Source: Bacteroidales bacterium (lineage in GTDB: Bacteria > Bacteroidota > Bacteroidia > Bacteroidales > FEN-979). Taken from it: a DNA stretch of 64,000 nucleotides. This document shows positions 9,929 through 16,032 of this stretch, in pieces (the first letter of the stretch is position 1; every line of letters begins with the position of its first letter). The notes beneath the pieces are model-generated. The model ran no database searches. It was not told where the DNA came from and worked only from the letters and a program-made list of their open reading frames with translations. A program made the position numbers and the translations under genes. The stretch lies in contig JBBQUQ010000001.1 of assembly GCA_038212325.1 (NCBI GenBank), positions 8,339-72,338 on the forward strand. Reading direction: 5' to 3'.

Positions 9929-11386
9929 TTAAAACCTGAAATAGATGAACGGACTGAATCCGGAGGAGGTGATGGTTGCCTCGCCAAGGATGAACAGTAA
10001 AATTGCGATCACAGCGCATGCGATCATCAGACCTTTTCCCGGGTTGAAATAGAGCTTCCCGATCCATGATTCCACCTTTTTGAACCCGCCCCAGAACGAG
10101 AATAAGACGGCGATCGCCATCATGGTCCAGAATTTCGGGTTCAGCCAAACATCGCTCTCTCCTCCCTGGAAGGTAAACAGCCGGCGGATGAAAAACCAGG
10201 CTTCATCGATGGTTGCCGACCGGAAAATCAGCCAGCCGATCATCAGCAGGAAAAAGGTGAGTGCAATAGATGGCACTTTGCCTGCTTTTTTCAGGTATTT
10301 GAGCAGGAAGAGCCTGTCGGCGATGATGAAAACCCCCATGTACGCGCCCCAGATGATGAAGGTCCAGGCAGCCCCATGCCAGAAACCACACAGTAGAAAA
10401 GTTATGGTGGTGGCAATGAGGTAGATCACCTTATCGGCACGAAGTCCCAGGTATCGCTCCCTGGGAAGCTTGCGCGAAGTGGCATAGGCCAGCGGGAGAA
10501 AAACATAGTCGCGGAACCACAGAGACAGGGTCATGTGCCACCGGCGCCAGAATTCGGTGATGCTTTGCGAAACATAGGGGGAGTTGAAATTTTCGGGCAG
10601 TCTGAATCCCAGCATCCGTGCAAGCCCGATGGCCATATCGGTGTAGCCGGAGAAGTCAAAATAGATCTGGAAGGTAAAGGCCACGGCTCCGATCCAGGCC
10701 ATGCTGGTTGACAATTCGGCGGAGGAGAGCTGAAATATCTCATTGACTGTAACACCCAGCACGTCAGCGATCAGTACTTTTTTCGACAGCCCGATGATGA
10801 AACGGAAAAAACCGGTCAGCCGGAAGTCGAGCGTCTCCTGCTCCGACCGGTCGGCGATCTGCGATGCGATTTGCCCGGGCCTCACAATCGGCCCGGATAA
10901 CAGTTGTGGAAACATGAAAATATACAGTGCGTAATCCTGCAATTTTTCAAAAACCGGATACTGCTTTTTATACACATCGAAGGTGTAGGCCAGTTTCTGA
11001 AAGGTAATGAAGGAGATCCCTACCGGCAGGGCAATCTTCGTCCATCCGGCAGGTTTTGATCCGAAAACACCGAGGAGCGTGTCAAACTGGTCGACAAAGA
11101 AATTCATATATTTAAAATAGAGGAGCAGCGCCAGGTTCATCAGCACAGAAAGCCAGAACAATATCCTGCGCGCCGAACCGGTTTTCAGGGTCATCCGGCG
11201 GATGATTAAAAAATCAATGACGACCGATCCCGCCACGATAAAAACGAATTTCGGAGCTCCCCAGGCGTAGAAGAGGAGGCTGGCAATAAGGAGAAAGCCG
11301 TTTTTGTAACTGCGGTCGATCAGGAAATAAACAATCAGGATGAACGGAAGGAAGTATAGCAAAAATAAGCTGCTGTTGAATATCAT
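9929..11386 (-). CDS. MBOAT family membrane-bound O-acyltransferase (AlgI/DltB/PatA-like)
   Basis: 485 aa and polytopic. Hallmark motifs are FWRRWHMTLSLWFRDYVFLPL and LLCGFWHGAAW (the MBOAT conserved His). Confidence 0.9.
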   Translation of the reverse strand: MIFNSSLFLLYFLPFILIVYFLIDRSYKNGFLLIASLLFYAWGAPKFVFIVAGSVVIDFLIIRRMTLKTGSARRILFWLSVLMNLALLLYFKYMNFFVDQFDTLLGVFGSKPAGWTKIALPVGISFITFQKLAYTFDVYKKQYPVFEKLQDYALYIFMFPQLLSGPIVRPGQIASQIADRSEQETLDFRLTGFFRFIIGLSKKVLIADVLGVTVNEIFQLSSAELSTSMAWIGAVAFTFQIYFDFSGYTDMAIGLARMLGFRLPENFNSPYVSQSITEFWRRWHMTLSLWFRDYVFLPLAYATSRKLPRERYLGLRADKVIYLIATTITFLLCGFWHGAAWTFIIWGAYMGVFIIADRLFLLKYLKKAGKVPSIALTFFLLMIGWLIFRSATIDEAWFFIRRLFTFQGGESDVWLNPKFWTMMAIAVLFSFWGGFKKVESWIGKLYFNPGKGLMIACAVIAILLFILGEATITSSGFSPFIYFRF

Positions 11387-11389
11387 AGG

Positions 11390-12688
11390 CTACCTGAATT
11401 TTGACAAGCGTTTCAACTCATTATTGTACAAATATATCGCATCGTTCCTTACCATGGCATCCAGCGGAAGATTCTGCTCCTTCGCCTTTTTTTTCATCTC
11501 CTCCATCCATCCCGGGCTCATCCTGAAGTTCTCCTCGATCATCCTGATCCTCGTCTTTCCGGGATAATATTGCTCGTAAGCCCTGTCGACAAATCCATAA
11601 CCGATGTTGCCATAACCGGCATTGGTCTGCATCAGAATCACCACCTCCTGCCGGTCGAGTGCGCTGTCGAGGTTGATCCGGGCAGTATTTGTCGGCCTGG
11701 TATTCTGATCGGGATAAACCTCCTTGTCGTAATACCACATATCCTCCCGCAGGAACGTGTTTTTGATGATCCCGTTAAAATGCCAATACCAGTAATAGCT
11801 GTCGCTGACAAACAGTACGGCGGGTTTCGGGGCATCGCCGGCATAGGTGTGATGAAAAACAGGGTAGGTCATCTGCGGCACCGGGTTCTTCCAAACCAGG
11901 TTCAGCACGCGGTCCATGTCGTCGTCCTCCTTGCGGGCTTCAGGTTCAAGCATCAGGCTGTCGAGCACCATGTGGGGAAGTTCCCGGTTCAGGCTCTTTT
12001 CGAGATACCTGATGAGGGAATCGGCGCCTAAGTAAGCCCCGTAGCAACTCCAGTGCGCCCCGCTGAATGGGTAGAGGTTGTGACGGGAAGTGTCTTTCAG
12101 TTGCACAAGCCATGTGTTAAAATCGATCAGGTTGACCCCCGCATCTTTGAGCTTGCGCGAATAATAATCGTTATTTGTGGGTCCCCGCCCTCCTTCGAGA
12201 AAGCGGTCGGGAATGCTTTCGGGATAGTAAAAGCCTTTCCCAGGTGCCAGGATCACCAGGAGATGTATCTTCTTTTTTGTCCAGAAGTAATCCTGGAGAT
12301 ACTTGATGCGGGAAACCTTGTCGTCGAGAAACCTGGTGCCTGCGAAATCCCTGCCCAGGCATGCATCAATATGGGAATCGATTTGCATGATACCGTTCTT
12401 TCCAACAACAATGCGGGCCGCATGCGGAAGAGAAAACAACGTGTAATCGACCTGGTTGAATATCCTTGTGAATGCATTGTGGAACCCGACTGTCAGGTCG
12501 AGGTGCGGGGTAATTTTAGCCTGGTACTCGCCATTCCTGAGGTCTGCCATGCTGAATTCCGGCCGCTGCCGTTCTTCAAAATAACCTTCAAGCGGCCTGT
12601 CGGGAAAGATGGTAAGCACCTTTTGCACCGTAGGAAAAGCGAGCACCACCATGATCAAAAAAAAGATTGTGCTTTTTATCCACATCAT
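11390..12688 (-). CDS. AlgX/AlgJ-like (SGNH-like) putative O-acyltransferase partner, paralog of 6399-7862
   Basis: Its stop is 3 nt upstream of the MBOAT start. Motifs SGAHWSCYG and FVSDSYY align with YGMHWSIYG and VIADSYY of the paralog. The track start at 12742 is a TTG lying inside a -7 box. ATG at 12688 gives MMWIKSTIFFLIMVVLAF (TM anchor). Confidence 0.6.
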   Translation of the reverse strand: MMWIKSTIFFLIMVVLAFPTVQKVLTIFPDRPLEGYFEERQRPEFSMADLRNGEYQAKITPHLDLTVGFHNAFTRIFNQVDYTLFSLPHAARIVVGKNGIMQIDSHIDACLGRDFAGTRFLDDKVSRIKYLQDYFWTKKKIHLLVILAPGKGFYYPESIPDRFLEGGRGPTNNDYYSRKLKDAGVNLIDFNTWLVQLKDTSRHNLYPFSGAHWSCYGAYLGADSLIRYLEKSLNRELPHMVLDSLMLEPEARKEDDDMDRVLNLVWKNPVPQMTYPVFHHTYAGDAPKPAVLFVSDSYYWYWHFNGIIKNTFLREDMWYYDKEVYPDQNTRPTNTARINLDSALDRQEVVILMQTNAGYGNIGYGFVDRAYEQYYPGKTRIRMIEENFRMSPGWMEEMKKKAKEQNLPLDAMVRNDAIYLYNNELKRLSKFR

Positions 12689-12739
12689 CAGGCAACCATT
12701 AGTCAATCGCAGTAAAAAGGAGGATTTGCAGAACGCCGG

Positions 12740-12747
12740 CAAAGGTA
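12740..12747 (-). promoter_or_regulatory. candidate Bacteroidota -7 box (TACCTTTG on the minus strand)
   Basis: Matches TAnnTTTG. It lies 52 nt upstream of the ATG at 12688, in the 77-nt gap after the GT-C gene. Confidence 0.3.
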
Positions 12748-12765
12748 GTATTTTTCAACAGAATC

Positions 12766-14550
12766 TCAATGCCACCCATAGCGGTAACTCAGTTGCAAAT
12801 CATCCATGTATAAGCTGGCTTGCCTCGGGTTGCGGATGAAAAGGTCGATCTGCAGGCTTGAATCGTTTACATCGGGAATGATGAAGGTTTTTCGCACCTC
12901 AAACCAGGTTCCCTGGCTTCCTTCCACCTTGTCGAGTGGCTGTTCGTCGCCGAAAAGGGTTTTGTTCCCCTTGGCAACGGAGTATCCAAGCGATGCGCCG
13001 GTTGGCTTGCCGCTGTTTTTTAACATCCACACTGCCACTTCGATGGTTTTCGGATATGGATAGCCGAACAGGTCGGTATTGATCGAATAGAGCGGGGTGA
13101 TCCCTCCTTTCTCATTGGCAGCAATGCTGTATTGCCCCGAATGGGTAAAAATGGCCGAAGGCTTCTTTACCGGTGACAGCGCAAGGTTTTCAAAATCATT
13201 TTTATACGAGCCCATCCTGTGCAGCGGTGAAACAACCCCGGAGCGTTCGAACGAGCGCCGGAAGTGGTCCCAATCCCAGGTTGAACCATAATAGCACCGC
13301 TCGAAACGGTAGAGGGCAACGGTATAGCGGATGTTGGAATAAGCCAGTAAAAAAAGAAGGAACAGCATGATGGTTTTCACCAGGAACAGCCGGTGGCCGA
13401 ACACCCAGGTTGCCAGCCACCCGAATGGCACAGCAATGATCGCGTAATACTCGATGAATGAACGCTGGCCATAGCTGCACCCGAAGTACCACATTTTCCA
13501 TGAGGCAAAAACCAGGGTGATCAGCAGGAAAACCGATGCAATTAGCCAGCCGTTTAACCTCCTTTGAAAAATCATCATCGCGATCCCGGCCAGGAAGAAC
13601 AGAACCAGCGGCGTGTAGGTGAGCAGCCCGTTCACCGGGGAAAAAAGCACTTCGGCCACCGCAGGATGGCCCAGGTTGGTGAATCCTTCATTACTATAAG
13701 AAAAATAGAGCCATTTTCCCGACAGGTATTTCCAGTAGATCATCTGCGGAAGAAAAATAAGGAACAGGATTGCAAGGAAGGCCAGGAGACGCGACGGTTT
13801 CAGGAATTGCCTGGTGCGTTTCAGCCATTCGGCAGGGCCGGCAGCATCCCAGGTAAAGAACAGCAGTCCCAGGACGATGCTGGTGGGCCTGACCAGGATG
13901 GCCAATGACAGGATCACGCTGATCAGCAAAAAGTACTTGTATGTTGGCGAAGCATGGTATCGCTTCAAGGCAAACAGAAAAAGAGCGAATAGAAAAAACG
14001 AATAAACATGCGACATCATGCCGTCGATGAGCGAATAGTAAAACAGGTTGGTCCCCAGGAATATCATGGTGACGACAAAAAAGCTGACAGCAGGCCGGAA
14101 ATAGTGGTCGAGGAATCTTTTCAGGAACCAGAGCCCCAGCAACAGGTATACAATGGCGGCAAGGCTCATCATCCGCATGTAGAGCATGGAAAAACCGCTT
14201 TCGCTGTTGAGGCCGGCTATGCGCGAAACCAGTTCGGAGGCGAAAAAGAACGGCGATGCCAGCAAGGCAACGCCATAGGTGTATTTTGTATCGAGCTTGT
14301 TTTTCAGGGTATCTGTGCTGAAACCTCCGCCCGTGCGGATGTCGAGGTCGGCCGGCATCTTATGTGTATCGAACCGGTAAAAAAAGGTGGCAGGAAGATA
14401 AATGTAATACCCTGCCCGGTCGGACCATAGTTCGCTGCGATCGGAAAACCGTGTTGCATCCTTGTGGAAATACCAGGAAAGCGCCAGTGAGACACAAAAC
14501 AGCACATAAAAAAACCACTGCTGCCCCAGACTATTTCGCCATTTTACCAT
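12766..14550 (-). CDS. GT-C fold membrane glycosyltransferase (GT39/GT83-like, PMT/ArnT-style) with a C-terminal beta-sandwich domain
   Basis: 594 aa with about 11-13 TM helices. The loop after TM1 carries WSDRAGYY (acidic residue plus aromatic, as in the loop-1 motif of PMT/ArnT). The C-terminal ~150 aa are soluble (THSGQYSIAAN...LYMDDLQLSY). The start codon lies inside the 8-mer repeat array. Confidence 0.7.
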   Translation of the reverse strand: MVKWRNSLGQQWFFYVLFCVSLALSWYFHKDATRFSDRSELWSDRAGYYIYLPATFFYRFDTHKMPADLDIRTGGGFSTDTLKNKLDTKYTYGVALLASPFFFASELVSRIAGLNSESGFSMLYMRMMSLAAIVYLLLGLWFLKRFLDHYFRPAVSFFVVTMIFLGTNLFYYSLIDGMMSHVYSFFLFALFLFALKRYHASPTYKYFLLISVILSLAILVRPTSIVLGLLFFTWDAAGPAEWLKRTRQFLKPSRLLAFLAILFLIFLPQMIYWKYLSGKWLYFSYSNEGFTNLGHPAVAEVLFSPVNGLLTYTPLVLFFLAGIAMMIFQRRLNGWLIASVFLLITLVFASWKMWYFGCSYGQRSFIEYYAIIAVPFGWLATWVFGHRLFLVKTIMLFLLFLLAYSNIRYTVALYRFERCYYGSTWDWDHFRRSFERSGVVSPLHRMGSYKNDFENLALSPVKKPSAIFTHSGQYSIAANEKGGITPLYSINTDLFGYPYPKTIEVAVWMLKNSGKPTGASLGYSVAKGNKTLFGDEQPLDKVEGSQGTWFEVRKTFIIPDVNDSSLQIDLFIRNPRQASLYMDDLQLSYRYGWH

Positions 14551-14564
14551 TTTACCATTTTATT
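14533..14564. repeat. 8-bp tandem array (4 units: atttcgcc attttacc attttacc attttatt), the complement of the AAATGGYG family
   Basis: Read directly from the sequence. It spans the stop codon of 14560-15138 and the start codon of 12766-14550 (MVKWRNS...). Confidence 0.85.
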
Positions 14565-15138
14565 TGAAGCGTCCCCCCCCTTCATAACGTGTTACCTCCA
14601 CACTGTCAACCAGCATCTCCCCCTTTCCCCGGTACCAGAAATAGGCCTGCAGCACATCCTCGCCATCAGGGGCCTGCGGTACGTGATAATCGTTGCTTAC
14701 CCGGTTCCATTGGTTTGGTTCCAGGTTTTCATGTTCCAGCGCAACAAACATATACTTGAAATTGACTCCCTGGTGGTTGCAGGTAGCCACGAGGCTGCAC
14801 TTTGCCTCCGACACCGGGCATGAGAACCATACCTTTCCGGTAACCCGGATCCACGAAGCGTCGGACGGATTGAGATCCTTGAATTTTATCCATAGTCCGG
14901 GAGAAAACGCAACAGCCGGGCCCATTTTCAGCGGTTCAAGATCATAAAAAGCCAGACGATTTCCTTTATCTTCAAGGTGTGCCGGCAGATGTTCCCGCTC
15001 CGCCAGCGCCAACGGATCAATGATTTGATGCGTATCCCGGTAGTCAAGGTAATGGTTCACACATATGAAAATCCCCACCAGTAAAACTGCAGAAAATCCT
15101 GCAAACAAATTTCCCCGGAACAGACCCTTTTCACTCAT
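14560..15138 (-). CDS. small membrane-anchored protein with a beta-sandwich (CBM-like) domain
   Basis: 192 aa. TM anchor LFAGFSAVLLVGIFICV. The C-terminal part (WIRVTGKVWF...QWNRVSNDY...LQAYFWYRG...LVDSVEVTRY) resembles domains in the 153-1934 and 12766-14550 products. Confidence 0.55.
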   Translation of the reverse strand: MSEKGLFRGNLFAGFSAVLLVGIFICVNHYLDYRDTHQIIDPLALAEREHLPAHLEDKGNRLAFYDLEPLKMGPAVAFSPGLWIKFKDLNPSDASWIRVTGKVWFSCPVSEAKCSLVATCNHQGVNFKYMFVALEHENLEPNQWNRVSNDYHVPQAPDGEDVLQAYFWYRGKGEMLVDSVEVTRYEGGGRFK

Positions 15139-15175
15139 AAAAACACACGTTATGGTAAATTCCTGCCCATCCGGA

Positions 15176-15246
15176 CCTGCATTGTATGCATTGCCTGCAT
15201 TACCTGCATTGCCTGCATTTTTGCATTACCTGCATTGCCTGCATTC
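15176..15246. repeat. 9-bp tandem array, 8 units (cctgcattg consensus)
   Basis: The units read cctgcattg tatgcattg cctgcatta cctgcattg cctgcattt ttgcatta cctgcattg cctgcattc. It is intergenic between 14560-15138 and 15251-15985. Confidence 0.9.
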
Positions 15247-15250
15247 CAAA

Positions 15251-15985
15251 CTATTTAAGGTATCTCCTGTCCCACACATTGTATTTCAGCAAGCACCATA
15301 TCGCCCGGAAAGCATCCTTCATCCCGATTTTTTTTCCCTCCTCATAGGTTCGTCCGTAGTATGAAATGCCAACTTCGTAAATCCTGATTTTAGGAAATCT
15401 GGTGATCTTCGAGGTGACCTCAGGTTCAAACCCAAACCGCCTCTCCCTGAAGTATATCTTTTTCAGGATTTCGGCGCGGAAAAGCTTGTAGCAGGTCTCC
15501 ATGTCGGTGAGATTCAGGTTCGTGAACATGTTGGATACAAACGTAAGGAACTTGTTGCCGATCGAGTGCCAGAAAAAGAGGATCCGGTGCGGCCTTCCCC
15601 CCATGAACCGTGAACCGTACACCACATCGGCAAAGCCGTCGAGGAGCGGTTTCAGCAAAATATTGTATTCGGCAGGATCGTATTCAAGATCGGCATCCTG
15701 GATGATGATAAAATCGCCGGTTGCCTCCTCGATGCCGCGATGCAGGGCAGCTCCTTTGCCCAGGTTCACCGGCTGGTTGAACAGCCTGATGTCGCTGGCC
15801 GGGTGCGCGGCAATATACCGTTCCACCACGCCGATGGTTTCGTCGCGGCTGAAATCATTGACAATGATGATCTCTTTCGTCACCGCTTCCAACAATTCAA
15901 CGGCAAGAACTTTATCGAGAATAAGGTGGATGGTTGCCGCCTCGTTGTAAGCGGGAATTAAGATGCTGAGCTTTCGGGATTCCAT
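15251..15985 (-). CDS. family 2 glycosyltransferase, polyprenyl-phosphate sugar synthase type (Ppm1/DPM1/GtrB/ArnC-like)
   Basis: 244 aa and soluble. Motifs: [26 protein letters not shown] (DxD). Confidence 0.85.
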   Translation of the reverse strand: MESRKLSILIPAYNEAATIHLILDKVLAVELLEAVTKEIIIVNDFSRDETIGVVERYIAAHPASDIRLFNQPVNLGKGAALHRGIEEATGDFIIIQDADLEYDPAEYNILLKPLLDGFADVVYGSRFMGGRPHRILFFWHSIGNKFLTFVSNMFTNLNLTDMETCYKLFRAEILKKIYFRERRFGFEPEVTSKITRFPKIRIYEVGISYYGRTYEEGKKIGMKDAFRAIWCLLKYNVWDRRYLK

Positions 15986-16002
15986 ATAACCGGTTCAAAG
16001 GG

Positions 16003-16010
16003 CAAAAATA
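16003..16010 (-). promoter_or_regulatory. candidate -7 box (TATTTTTG on the minus strand)
   Basis: Matches TAnnTTTG, 18 nt upstream of the ATG at 15985. Confidence 0.35.
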
Positions 16011-16032
16011 AGAGAAAATATCAAGGAATATG

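Noticed and set aside
15065-15364. ORF-track entry of 99 aa (…ALYALPALPALPAFLHYLHCLH…).
   Set aside because: It is the translation of the 9-bp tandem array and is antisense to the ends of two supported minus-strand genes.
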